A stretch of DNA of 64,000 bases, taken from contig JAGLRN010000034.1 in the NCBI GenBank assembly GCA_023136265.1, positions 761-64,760 on the forward strand. Reading direction: 5' to 3'. Numbering within the stretch: the first letter of the stretch is position 1; each line of letters begins with the position of its first letter. The stretch is from Thermoplasmata archaeon (GTDB lineage: Archaea; Thermoplasmatota; Thermoplasmata; RBG-16-68-12; JAGMCJ01). Below the pieces are notes generated by a model, which saw only the letters and a program-made list of their open reading frames with translations, was not told where the DNA came from and ran no database searches. Of the stretch, positions 7,661 through 15,799 are shown piece after piece. The translations under genes were made by a program, and so were the position numbers.

Positions 7661-10324
7661 TCAAAGCACGTAGCGTCTAATAAGGCTGATGGCCGCTATT
7701 ATGAGCGGTATCCCGACGGCCATGGGCAACATCACGTCCCTGATCGGCGGCCAGGGCGGCGCGATCATGCCTCCCTCGTTGTCGACGACCACGTCGACGC
7801 TGACCACGTCGGAATACAGCTCGCCATCATAGGCGCGTGCGTGCACCGTATGGTTTCCATTGCCGTACTCGGTCGTGTCCCAGAGATACGCCCACGTGGA
7901 CCAGCTTCCGTCGCCGGATGTGTCCGTGGCGTTCTGCCACTCACCGTCGTCTATCTTCACCTGGACGAGGTCAACCTCGTCCCCCGGGTCAGGATCGCTG
8001 GCGTACCCGTACACGAGGTACTCCCCGTCCACGGTCTCGTTCTCGACCGGATGGACGACTTCCAACTCGGGTGCGCTGTTGAGGTTGTCAACGCCCACCT
8101 CCACGCAGTCAAGCTCGGAGTGGTGCTCTCCGTCATAAGCGCGGGCGCAAACCGTGTGGTTGCCGTTCTCGTACTCGCCAGTGTTCCACTCGTAGGCCCA
8201 GTGCGACCAGCTTCCGTCGCCCGAGACGTCCACGGCATCCTCCCACTCGTCCTCGTCTATCCTGACCTGAACAAGCTCCACGCCCCCGTCGTCCTCAGCG
8301 ATCCCGTTGACCAGAACGATGCCGCTGAGTAGCGCACCATCATTCGGATAGAGGATCTCGACCTCCGGCGGGTCGTTCACATTGTCCGTGCACGCGATCA
8401 CGGTCGCATTGTCGGACCATAGCTCGCCGTCGTAGGACCTTGCGAGGATCGCGTAGCAGTCGTCATCCCACTCAGGGGTGATCCACTCGTACGCCCACTG
8501 GTACCAGCTGTCGTCCGGCGAGACGTCCTTTGCCATGTGCCACTCGCCGTCGCCGATCTTCACCTGGACCTTGGTTATGCGGTCTCCCTCATCGTTGTCC
8601 CACGCCTTCCCGTGGATGAGATAGAATCCGCTCACTTCCTCGTTGTACTCGGGATGAATGATCGAAACCTCGGGCTTGCTGTTATCGTTCTCTATGATGA
8701 CCTCTCGGACGTCCACTTCGGACCAGCCGCACTCGGAACCGGCCTTTGCCTTAACCCAATGCTCCCCGTTCTCGTAGTCACGGGTGTTCCAGTGGAATGC
8801 CCATGTCCTGTAGTCGGGGCCCCAAGACGTATCGGTCGCCTCGTGCCAATCGCCCTCATCGATCCTCACCAGGACGTGAGAGACGCCGTACCCGGGGTTC
8901 GGGTCATTGGCCGTTCCGTGGATGAGCACTATCCCGCTGAGAACGTCCCCGTTCTCGGGATGCACTATCTCGACGGTCGGGGCATCGCAACCTCCGTTCT
9001 CGACTATGACCTTCACCCAGTCGACATCGGACCAGTACTCACCGTCCCAGCCCTTGGCGTGGATGTAGTGGATGCCATCCTCCCACTGGGTGGTGTCCCA
9101 CTCCCATTTCCAGTACTCGAAGCCTTCCTCCATTCCCATCCAGGTAGCCTCGTGCCAGTCGCCGGTCTCGTCGATCTTCACGAGGACCTCGAGCAGCTCG
9201 TTGTCATCAAAACACTTGATCCAGACGTCCACCCAACCGCTGACGATTTCCTCCCAATCGGGCTCGACTATCTCGCACGTCGGCGGGTCGTTGACGTTGT
9301 CCACGTAGACGTGTATGTCCACGTACTCAGAGTAGTCCTCACCGTCGAAGGCTCTGGCGACGACCGCATGCCATCCGTCCTCGAACTCCGTCGTGTCCCA
9401 CTCGTACTCCCATGTGTGCCAATCACCGTCGGGCGAGACATCCGTGGCGTTGAACCACTCCTCTGTCCCGTCGAACGCAACCTGCACGAGCTCGACCTGG
9501 TCGCCCTCATCAGAGTCCCCAGAGTGGCCCCATACGGTCACAGTCCCGCTGACCTCGGACCAGTCAGGCGGGTGCTCGATGTTCACCCAAGGCGGCGTGT
9601 TCCCCGGCTCCTCGTTGATGACGTAGACGTGAATATCAACAATCTCCGAGTGCTCCTCGCCGTCAAAGGCCCTGACCACGAAGTAGTGCCAGCCGTTCTC
9701 GACCTCGGTCGTGTCCCAGATGTACTCCCAGTTCCACCAGTCGCCGTTCTCCGACGTGTCCGTGCAGTTGAGCCAATGCTCCGTGTTGTCGAAAGCGACC
9801 TCTACCAGCTCGACCTGGTCGCCCTCGTCCGGATCGGACGCGTGACCCCAGATTTCGACTATCCCCCAGACCTCGCTGTAGTCCGCCGGATGCTCCACCC
9901 AGACCTCGGGAGCTGTGTTGTCCTCGTTCAGCACTATGATGCCGAGGTCGTACAGCTCCGAGTGGAACTCCCCGTCGAAAGCTCTCGCGACCATGAAGTG
10001 CTCTCCGTTGAGAACGAGGGTGGTGTCCCACTCGTACGACCAGTGATGCCAGTCTCCCGTGACGTCGTTGGCGGTCTGCCAGTCATCTATGCTGTCTATG
10101 GAGATCTCCACTGTCACGACCTCGACGTCGTCCTCGGACAAACCCTCGATGGTCACGACCCCGTCCACAGTCTGACCGGGGTCGGGGTAGTTAATCACCA
10201 CCACTGGCGGCTCGTTCGCCAGACCAGTGGTGAGTGCACCCATCCCTATGACAAGCGCAAAAACCAGTACAATAGCGGTCCTGAGAAATTGCCCATTACT
10301 TCCTCCAAACCCTTTTGAGTCCAT
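7661..10324 (-). CDS. secreted/cell-surface protein with ~9 tandem Ig-like ~93-aa repeats, N-terminal signal peptide and C-terminal TM anchor
   Basis: 887 aa. Signal peptide ...ALTTGLA. Repeats follow the consensus P.V.I.HP.....VSG.V.I.G.A.D.D.GD.V.LVQV.ID.GEW..A.D.S.DGSW..W.Y.WDT.EYENG.H.V.ARA.DGE..S....V.V.VDN. C-terminal hydrophobic segment MLPMAVGIPLIIAAISLIRRYVL. Its stop lies 20 nt upstream of the next surface-protein gene, so the two likely form an operon. Confidence 0.7.
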   Translation of the reverse strand: MDSKGFGGSNGQFLRTAIVLVFALVIGMGALTTGLANEPPVVVINYPDPGQTVDGVVTIEGLSEDDVEVVTVEISIDSIDDWQTANDVTGDWHHWSYEWDTTLVLNGEHFMVARAFDGEFHSELYDLGIIVLNEDNTAPEVWVEHPADYSEVWGIVEIWGHASDPDEGDQVELVEVAFDNTEHWLNCTDTSENGDWWNWEYIWDTTEVENGWHYFVVRAFDGEEHSEIVDIHVYVINEEPGNTPPWVNIEHPPDWSEVSGTVTVWGHSGDSDEGDQVELVQVAFDGTEEWFNATDVSPDGDWHTWEYEWDTTEFEDGWHAVVARAFDGEDYSEYVDIHVYVDNVNDPPTCEIVEPDWEEIVSGWVDVWIKCFDDNELLEVLVKIDETGDWHEATWMGMEEGFEYWKWEWDTTQWEDGIHYIHAKGWDGEYWSDVDWVKVIVENGGCDAPTVEIVHPENGDVLSGIVLIHGTANDPNPGYGVSHVLVRIDEGDWHEATDTSWGPDYRTWAFHWNTRDYENGEHWVKAKAGSECGWSEVDVREVIIENDNSKPEVSIIHPEYNEEVSGFYLIHGKAWDNDEGDRITKVQVKIGDGEWHMAKDVSPDDSWYQWAYEWITPEWDDDCYAILARSYDGELWSDNATVIACTDNVNDPPEVEILYPNDGALLSGIVLVNGIAEDDGGVELVQVRIDEDEWEDAVDVSGDGSWSHWAYEWNTGEYENGNHTVCARAYDGEHHSELDCVEVGVDNLNSAPELEVVHPVENETVDGEYLVYGYASDPDPGDEVDLVQVKIDDGEWQNATDTSGDGSWSTWAYLWDTTEYGNGNHTVHARAYDGELYSDVVSVDVVVDNEGGMIAPPWPPIRDVMLPMAVGIPLIIAAISLIRRYVL
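7774..10213 (-). repeat. intragenic tandem repeats (~279 bp / ~93 aa period, ~9 copies) encoding Ig-like domains
   Basis: Recurrent D.D.GD.V.LVQV...W.Y.WDT.E.ENG.H motifs appear at regular ~93-aa spacing across the 7661..10324 CDS. Confidence 0.5.
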
Positions 10325-10354
10325 TCTAACTCACCAGGATTTCAAACGTGAGGA

Positions 10355-10368
10355 GGATATAAGTTAAG
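10355..10368 (-). promoter_or_regulatory. putative TATA box for surface-protein operon
   Basis: Minus-strand AACTTATATCC lies ~40-45 nt upstream of the ATG at 10324. Confidence 0.3.
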
Positions 10369-10403
10369 ATTTGAACGACTTTTTCCTCGTATTAAAGGAT
10401 TGC

Positions 10404-10862
10404 TCACCGCCCGCGGTACGCCTTTTCCATCCATTCCGGTTCTCTGACGTCCTTCGCGCTGTCGTGATGTTTGGTGTATGGCTTGATGTCCAGCACTGGA
10501 GAACCGTCAAGGGCGTCCAGGCCTTTCACCCTGAGGACGTTGCCCTCTCTGCTGAGGATCTCCACCGTCTCGAGGCCTATCGGGTTCGGTCTCCTGGGGG
10601 AGCGGGTGGCGAACACGCCGACTAAGGGAAGCGAAGCGTCGCCCATCGGGCGGACCTTGAGGACCTTCCTGTCCTCCTCTGATATCCTGTTGAGCCAGTA
10701 GACGATAATGGCGTGGGAGTGGTGCTCGATCCCGTCAAGACAGTTCTGGAGATTCTCCTTGACAACGATTTCGGAGACGATGTCCCTGTACGCTCCCCCG
10801 GAGACCTTCTCCTTCATCTCGTTCCTCACGAGGCCGACGGGGCGGAGCGTGATGTCGCTCAT
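10404..10862 (-). CDS. trmO: TsaA/TrmO-family tRNA methyltransferase (YaeB-like)
   Basis: 152 aa. Family-typical motifs RPNPIGL, LRVKGLDALDGSPVLDIKPY and HSHAIIVYW. Shares a 4-nt overlap with the downstream ABC-2 permease gene. Confidence 0.7.
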   Translation of the reverse strand: MSDITLRPVGLVRNEMKEKVSGGAYRDIVSEIVVKENLQNCLDGIEHHSHAIIVYWLNRISEEDRKVLKVRPMGDASLPLVGVFATRSPRRPNPIGLETVEILSREGNVLRVKGLDALDGSPVLDIKPYTKHHDSAKDVREPEWMEKAYRGR

Positions 10863-11692
10863 CCGACCATTTCCCTTCGGTTGAATCTGAGGATGGCCAG
10901 CGTCAGGCAGACGATTAGATACCCGAGCATGACAGCTATGCTTACCCAGACGTCAGGATAGAACTCATAGATCGTCATCGTCTGGCCACCACCCACAGTC
11001 ATCTCAAAGGAGCCATCCTGTGGATATGGGACGTTCATGATGTACGAGATTGTCCCTCCCGCGAAAGTGATGAAGAACCACGGCTTCACACCGACGAAGG
11101 AGAGGATGCCCTCTATCATCGGCAGGATGAGCAGAAAGAGGAAGAACGTCAGTACGGTGGAGCCCATAGTGCCCTTCATCACCGAACTTATGAGATATGC
11201 GACGCCCATCGCAGACGAGAGATAGAGGAGAGCTAGGAGGAACGAGTATGCGAACTCCGCATCGATTGCTTTGTAGATTCCACCGACAAAGAGGGCGATG
11301 AGACCGTAGTAGATGCATATCACCAAGATCGAGGCAATCATGCTCGCGCTGAACTTGCCCAAAGCGATTGTCGACCTCTTGACCGGGTTGGGGAATATCA
11401 CGAATCCGGTCTTGTGCTGGAATTCCGACACGAGAGCATCGCTTCCGAAGAATGTCGCGCACAACAGGACGAGGATCCCCGTGAAGCCGAGGTATACCTG
11501 GGAGTACATCCCGAACTCGGGCGGGTAGTCGACACCGTACGCGGGAGGGACGAGAAGGATTAGGAAGAATATTATGAACACAATAGCGAGTATCGCCCAG
11601 AGCCTCCTCCTCCTGAGATGGCTGAAGATCTCATACCTCACGACGGTGACGAGCTGCTCGAAGTCCGTTGGTGCCATGGTCTTATGGTCCAC
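10859..11692 (-). CDS. ABC-2 type transporter permease
   Basis: 277 aa polytopic membrane protein lying immediately downstream (1-nt gap) of an ABC ATPase gene. Confidence 0.65.
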   Translation of the reverse strand: MDHKTMAPTDFEQLVTVVRYEIFSHLRRRRLWAILAIVFIIFFLILLVPPAYGVDYPPEFGMYSQVYLGFTGILVLLCATFFGSDALVSEFQHKTGFVIFPNPVKRSTIALGKFSASMIASILVICIYYGLIALFVGGIYKAIDAEFAYSFLLALLYLSSAMGVAYLISSVMKGTMGSTVLTFFLFLLILPMIEGILSFVGVKPWFFITFAGGTISYIMNVPYPQDGSFEMTVGGGQTMTIYEFYPDVWVSIAVMLGYLIVCLTLAILRFNRREMVG

Positions 11693-11693
11693 G

Positions 11694-12638
11694 CTATCGC
11701 CCTCCCTCTATCATGCTCATGTAGAGGTCTTCGAGCTCCATTCCTGAGGACTTGAACGAAACAACTCCAACGCCTTCGCCCACCAGCTTCGCCAGCACCT
11801 CCGCCCTGTCCTCGTTGCTTCCGTCGAATCGCAGAAGAACGACCTTTGGCTGGACAGCCTCAGCCTCGGCAACGCCTTCGGACGCTCTCAACGTGTCAAG
11901 CTGGCTTTCCGTGAGGTCCTCGACAGTCTGCAGCTCAATCTTCTTCGGGCCCATGAGCTTGCCTATGTTCTCGACTTCGTCGAAGTAGATGAGCCTCCCC
12001 TTATCCACCATGGCGACCCAGTCGCAGACCTCCTGTGCCTCGTACAGAAGATGAGAACTCATGAAAATCGTTCGCTTCTCCTTCTTGAGATCCTTGATTA
12101 TTTCTCGGACCTCGATCATTCCACGCGGGTCGAGCCCGCTTGTTGGCTCGTCCAGTATCAGGACCGTAGGCTCGTGAAGCAAAGCCTGGGCAATTCCGAG
12201 CCTCTGCTTCATGCCCTTGGAGAACTTCCCTATCCTTGTCGTCGCCCACTCTTCCATATGGACCTGTTCCAGGACGCGTTTCGAACGATCTCTGATGTAC
12301 TCCTTATCCATCCCACGAAGTCTTCCGAGGTAGTCCAGCGTCTCGATCGGTGTGAGATAGGGATAGAACTCTGGGATCTCTACAACGGAACCGACGTTCA
12401 TGAGTGCCGCCTTCGGGTTCTCTCGGATGTCAATCCCCTCCACGTAAGCCTTCCCGGCGGTTGATCTTATCAGGTTCGTGAGTATCTTTATCGTGGTCGT
12501 CTTCCCCGCGCCGTTGGGACCTATGAAGCCCACGCACACATCTGGCCCTATCGTCAGAGTCAGCTCGTCCAAGGCGGGGAACCCGTTGTACTTCTTCGTC
12601 AGGCCGACGGTCTTGATGACCTCTCGCATCGCCCACAC
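11694..12638 (-). CDS. ABC transporter ATP-binding protein (ABC-2 exporter type)
   Basis: Walker A GPNGAGKTTTIK, signature FSKGMKQRLGIAQAL, Walker B LILDEPTSGLD and an H-loop are all present. Confidence 0.85.
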   Translation of the reverse strand: MWAMREVIKTVGLTKKYNGFPALDELTLTIGPDVCVGFIGPNGAGKTTTIKILTNLIRSTAGKAYVEGIDIRENPKAALMNVGSVVEIPEFYPYLTPIETLDYLGRLRGMDKEYIRDRSKRVLEQVHMEEWATTRIGKFSKGMKQRLGIAQALLHEPTVLILDEPTSGLDPRGMIEVREIIKDLKKEKRTIFMSSHLLYEAQEVCDWVAMVDKGRLIYFDEVENIGKLMGPKKIELQTVEDLTESQLDTLRASEGVAEAEAVQPKVVLLRFDGSNEDRAEVLAKLVGEGVGVVSFKSSGMELEDLYMSMIEGGR

Positions 12639-12726
12639 AAAAGCGGGGACAGTATTTTAAGCTTGATTTCGCGATCTTCTCGAAAACGTTAAGTCTCGCG
12701 GGGGTTTTCCAGCAAAGGGAGATACG

Positions 12727-13494
12727 ATGGAGGACGACATAAGATTCCATGAGTACAAGAAGTGGGACTTCTCCAATTCCTTGGTACTGACGAGTTTCCC
12801 CACGATCGGGCTCGTCAGCACGATATCCGGGAGTTTTCTCGTGAGAACGCTCAAGATGGAGCTCATGGGCGCGATAGTCTCGAGCAGGCTGCCCCCCGTC
12901 GCGCTAATTCACGAGGGGAAGGTGTCCCCGGCCTTTAGGATATACTCCACGACGCAGAAGTGCGGGCCGGACAACGAGTGCGACCAGCTGACGGTGTTGC
13001 TCTCGGAGTTCATGCCCAGGGCCGGTATCATAGAGCCTCTCGCGGTCAAGGTCCTGAACTGGGCGGTGGAGAAGGACGTGGGCCTTTTCGTTTCGCTGGA
13101 GGGCGTGAACTCGCCCGTCCCCCTCACCGGGGACCCGAAGGTCTTCGGCGTCGGAAGCACGGCCCGGACGCAAGAGCTGGTCAAGGAGTACGGGCTGGAA
13201 CCGCTCAAGGAGGGGATGGTCAGCGGGTTCCCAGGCGTGCTGCTCTATCAGGCGGCGATGAAGGACCAGGATGTTCTGACGCTCCTGTCGGAGACCAGAC
13301 CCGACTTCCCGGACGCGAGGGCGGCCGCGCGGATGCTCGAGGTGCTCGGGAAGATGCTGCCCAACCTGAAGATCGATCCGGAACCCCTGCTGAAGGAAGC
13401 GGAGCTCATCGAGCAGCAGATACTCGAGTCGATAGAGAACGCTAAGCCATCGTCACCGGCGGTTCCCGAGATGCCGTCAACCATGTACGGATAG
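12727..13494 (+). CDS. PAC2-family protein (archaeal proteasome assembly chaperone-like)
   Basis: 255 aa. The N-terminal region LVLTSFPTIGLVSTISGSFLV... matches the PAC2 Gly-rich start (FPGVGLVG-like). Confidence 0.5.
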   Translation: MEDDIRFHEYKKWDFSNSLVLTSFPTIGLVSTISGSFLVRTLKMELMGAIVSSRLPPVALIHEGKVSPAFRIYSTTQKCGPDNECDQLTVLLSEFMPRAGIIEPLAVKVLNWAVEKDVGLFVSLEGVNSPVPLTGDPKVFGVGSTARTQELVKEYGLEPLKEGMVSGFPGVLLYQAAMKDQDVLTLLSETRPDFPDARAAARMLEVLGKMLPNLKIDPEPLLKEAELIEQQILESIENAKPSSPAVPEMPSTMYG

Positions 13495-13519
13495 ACCTGT
13501 CAAGGGTCCGAAGCCAGTC

Positions 13520-13540
13520 CGCAAAGTTATTTATATCGTC
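13520..13540 (+). promoter_or_regulatory. TATA box (TTATTTATAT) with purine-rich BRE-like upstream element, promoter of S3Ae gene
   Basis: gcaaagTTATTTATATcg lies ~35-45 nt upstream of the ATG at 13571. This spacing fits the archaeal TATA-to-TSS distance with a short leader. Confidence 0.45.
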
Positions 13541-13570
13541 CCAATTATGAGTGCGTCCCGGAGAATCTGA

Positions 13571-14449
13571 ATGGCAAAGAAGTCCCGAGCAGCTGCACGG
13601 AAAGTCAAGGACAAATGGAAGTCCAAGACGTGGTACAACATAATTGCGCCCGAGATGTTCGACAGCCGCATCCTCGGCGAGACGCCAGCGGACTCGCCCG
13701 AGAAGCTGATTAATCGCGTGACAGAGGTGACAGTGCAGGACATCACAGGGGACTTCAGCAAGATGCACATCAAGCTCAGGTTCAAGGTCCACGACGTGAG
13801 GGGCGGCGATGCCTACACGTACTTCATCGGTCACGACATGACGAGCGACTACATCCGAAGGCTCACTCGCAGGAAGAAATCGAGAACGGACGGGACGTTC
13901 GACGTGATGACCAAGGATGACAATCTCGTCAGGATCAAGCCCATGGCGATTGCGGAGAGGAGGATCCAGTCCTCGAAGCAGTCAGCCATCAGGAAGAAGA
14001 TGGGGAACATAGTGAAGTCCGAAGCCTCCGGGAAGATCCTCAGCGAGCTGGTCCGGTCGATGATCATGGGAGAGATGTCCAAGAAGATCGCCGTGGCGTG
14101 CAGGAGCATCCAGCCGTTGCAGAGGGTCGAGATCCGCAAGTCCGAACTGATGAGGATATCCAAGCTTCCCGACATCCCGGAGAAGACGCCGGAGGAGGAG
14201 CCTGAGGAGCCTGAGACCCCAGAGGAGACGCCCGAAGGGGCCCCAGAAGAGACTCCGGAAGAACCACCCGAGGAGCCTGAGGCCGCGGAAGAGGCTCCGG
14301 AGACCGCCCCCGAGGAATCCGAGGCAGCGGAAGAGACGCCAGAAGAGGCTCCGGAGGAGCCCGACGTGACGGAAGAGCCGGCGGAAGCCTCCGAGGAAAC
14401 GGTCGAGCCCGCGGAAGAGGTCGAGGAAGAGGAACCCGCCGAGTCCTAG
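13571..14449 (+). CDS. rps3ae: 30S ribosomal protein S3Ae (eS1) with unusual ~85-aa acidic Pro/Glu-rich C-terminal extension
   Basis: N-terminus MAKKSRAAARKVKDKWKSKTWYNIIAPEMF and the core are S3Ae-like. The C-terminus is KTPEEEPEEPETPEETPEGAPEETPEEPPEEPEAAEEAPETAPEESEAAEETPEEAPEEPD... low-complexity. Confidence 0.85.
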   Translation: MAKKSRAAARKVKDKWKSKTWYNIIAPEMFDSRILGETPADSPEKLINRVTEVTVQDITGDFSKMHIKLRFKVHDVRGGDAYTYFIGHDMTSDYIRRLTRRKKSRTDGTFDVMTKDDNLVRIKPMAIAERRIQSSKQSAIRKKMGNIVKSEASGKILSELVRSMIMGEMSKKIAVACRSIQPLQRVEIRKSELMRISKLPDIPEKTPEEEPEEPETPEETPEGAPEETPEEPPEEPEAAEEAPETAPEESEAAEETPEEAPEEPDVTEEPAEASEETVEPAEEVEEEEPAES

Positions 14450-14450
14450 T

Positions 14451-14554
14451 GTCGGGGTGGCTCAGCCTGGTGGAGCGCCAGACTCATAGGGTTCGTTCGA
14501 AGAGCGCTCCTTGGAAATCTGGAGGTCGCGGGTTCAAAGCCCGCCCCCGACACC
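14451..14554 (+). tRNA. tRNA-Met (anticodon CAT), elongator-type, with ~30-nt intron just 3' of the anticodon
   Basis: Acceptor GTCGGGG/CCCCGAC with discriminator A. D arm GCTC..GAGC. Anticodon stem CCAGA/TCTGG with loop CTCATAG. An insertion GGTTCGTTCGAAGAGCGCTCCTTGGAAA sits between the anticodon loop and the 3' stem strand. T arm GCGGG-TTCAAAG-CCCGC. The gene starts 1 nt after the S3Ae stop codon. No CCA is encoded. Confidence 0.8.
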
Positions 14555-14633
14555 TATTCTGAGAAAAGACAGTGGCCGCGCTCTCGTAACTGACTAGATG
14601 CGTTCTCCCGCGTATAGCTCATGCGCCAGACAA

Positions 14634-14915
14634 TCAGTCCTCGACGACCTTGTACACGAAGTCGTTGGGACGGACCCTTTCGGCGACCTTGATGCCCACC
14701 GACTGACCAGTATTGGCCTCCTGGATCGGGTTCCCATCGATCTCCATGGACTCCACGGTCAGAGTGAGGTCGGTCGTCGCACCCTGTATGGCTATCTTGT
14801 CCCCAACCTTCAGGGCGCCCTCCTCGATCTGAATGGCGGCAACCATGGGCTTTGCGAAGTACTTGAACACCCTCCCGACTTTTATCTTCTCCATGTAACC
14901 ATCCGAGAACAACAT
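14634..14915 (-). CDS. small beta-barrel protein resembling EF-Tu/IF2 domain 2 (translation-factor-like)
   Basis: 93 aa. KVGDKIAIQGATTDLTLTVESMEIDGNPIQEANTGQSVGIKV resembles the translation-protein beta-barrel. Function unknown. Confidence 0.4.
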   Translation of the reverse strand: MLFSDGYMEKIKVGRVFKYFAKPMVAAIQIEEGALKVGDKIAIQGATTDLTLTVESMEIDGNPIQEANTGQSVGIKVAERVRPNDFVYKVVED

Positions 14916-14943
14916 CGGTTTGAAAGATAAAAAGCCATCGTTC

Positions 14944-15297
14944 CTAGAGGAGGGACGTGAGCGTCAGGAGGCCCGCCGAGAGCGAGAAGAGACCGCCGAA
15001 GAAGCTTCCCATATCGCCGACCCAGATGAGCACGAACCCCAGCACGATGGCCGAGAGGCCCAGGATGCGCGGGTGCTTATCGAGAAAGACGAGGAACGTC
15101 ATGACGAGGGCGCCGACGAGGTTCATCGCGTAGATGCCGACATCGTAGGGCGTGTTCTTGCACCCGATTATCTCCGCGAAGTAGGTGTCCACGCACATGT
15201 CGCGCAGCCACATCATGAGGACTCCCAGTATGATGCAGAGGACAGCGCCGATCAGAAGGGTTCTCTGGACCAGGTTGAAACGCCTTCGAATGGGCAT
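14944..15297 (-). CDS. hypothetical small integral membrane protein (3-4 TM)
   Basis: 117 aa with hydrophobic segments. No recognisable motif. Confidence 0.4.
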   Translation of the reverse strand: MPIRRRFNLVQRTLLIGAVLCIILGVLMMWLRDMCVDTYFAEIIGCKNTPYDVGIYAMNLVGALVMTFLVFLDKHPRILGLSAIVLGFVLIWVGDMGSFFGGLFSLSAGLLTLTSLL

Positions 15298-15501
15298 TCA
15301 AGGGGCGAATTGCCTCGGACTTCTTAATACTACTCGTGGCACGGAATCGGATGTCTTCGGCTATACAGGTAACCGAAATGACGAGTCGCCCGCACCATGA
15401 GGAGATTGGGTCCCCTCTAAGGGATCTTGTGGATGGTTCAGACGAAGGTCATTCTCGTATGCACCTGAGAGCCTCGGTCAGCAAGACATTTGCGGGGCAA
15501 A

Positions 15502-15510
15502 TCTTTAAAT
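15502..15510 (+). promoter_or_regulatory. putative TATA box (TCTTTAAAT) for Sm-like protein gene
   Basis: Lies ~37 nt upstream of the ATG at 15547. It is too close to the earlier in-frame ATGs, which argues for the 72-aa start. Confidence 0.35.
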
Positions 15511-15546
15511 CGGCGGGCTCATTACATGGCTGGGAAGGGGATTGTC

Positions 15547-15762
15547 ATGGTTTTACCCGTGAAGATACTGGAGAATGCGCTCAACAGGGAGATACTTCTG
15601 GTTTTGAAGGACAGCAGGGTTCTCGAAGGAAAGCTCGTTGGCTTCGACGAGTACATGAACCTCGTGCTGGAGGATACTGAGGAGACGAAGGAGGAGCAGG
15701 TCCGAAGGCTCGGGACAGTCGTTCTCCGTGGGAACAACGTCGTCACGATAAGCCCCAAATGA
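15547..15762 (+). CDS. Sm-like archaeal protein (SmAP/LSm)
   Basis: 72 aa from MVLPVKILENALNREILLVLKDSRVLEGKLVGFDEYMNLVLEDTEE...VVLRGNNVVTISPK. Sm1 and Sm2 motifs are present. The longer 90-aa ORF version is probably not used. Confidence 0.85.
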   Translation: MVLPVKILENALNREILLVLKDSRVLEGKLVGFDEYMNLVLEDTEETKEEQVRRLGTVVLRGNNVVTISPK

Positions 15763-15799
15763 ACAAAGGTTGATAAATCCCGAGAACCTTGTCCGGGCG

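Noticed and set aside
8537-10318. 593-aa plus-strand ORF. Other long ORFs include 19001..19987, 23810..24631, 26458..27615, 35516..36472, 37324..38337, 49780..50550, 52515..53285 and 61430..62287.
   Set aside because: All are antisense to genes with strong family-specific motifs (surface repeat protein, fen1, TPR protein, MtaD, polX, ABC ATPase, SQR-like, glnS, DUF11 protein). Their translations are Arg/Pro/Gly-rich low-complexity sequences typical of GC-rich antisense frames. I treat them as non-coding.
15490-15546. Longer 90-aa version of the Sm-like protein starting at 15490 or 15526
   Set aside because: The TATA-like element at 15502-15510 lies inside or too close to these starts. The 72-aa version matches the canonical archaeal Sm length and its N-terminus.
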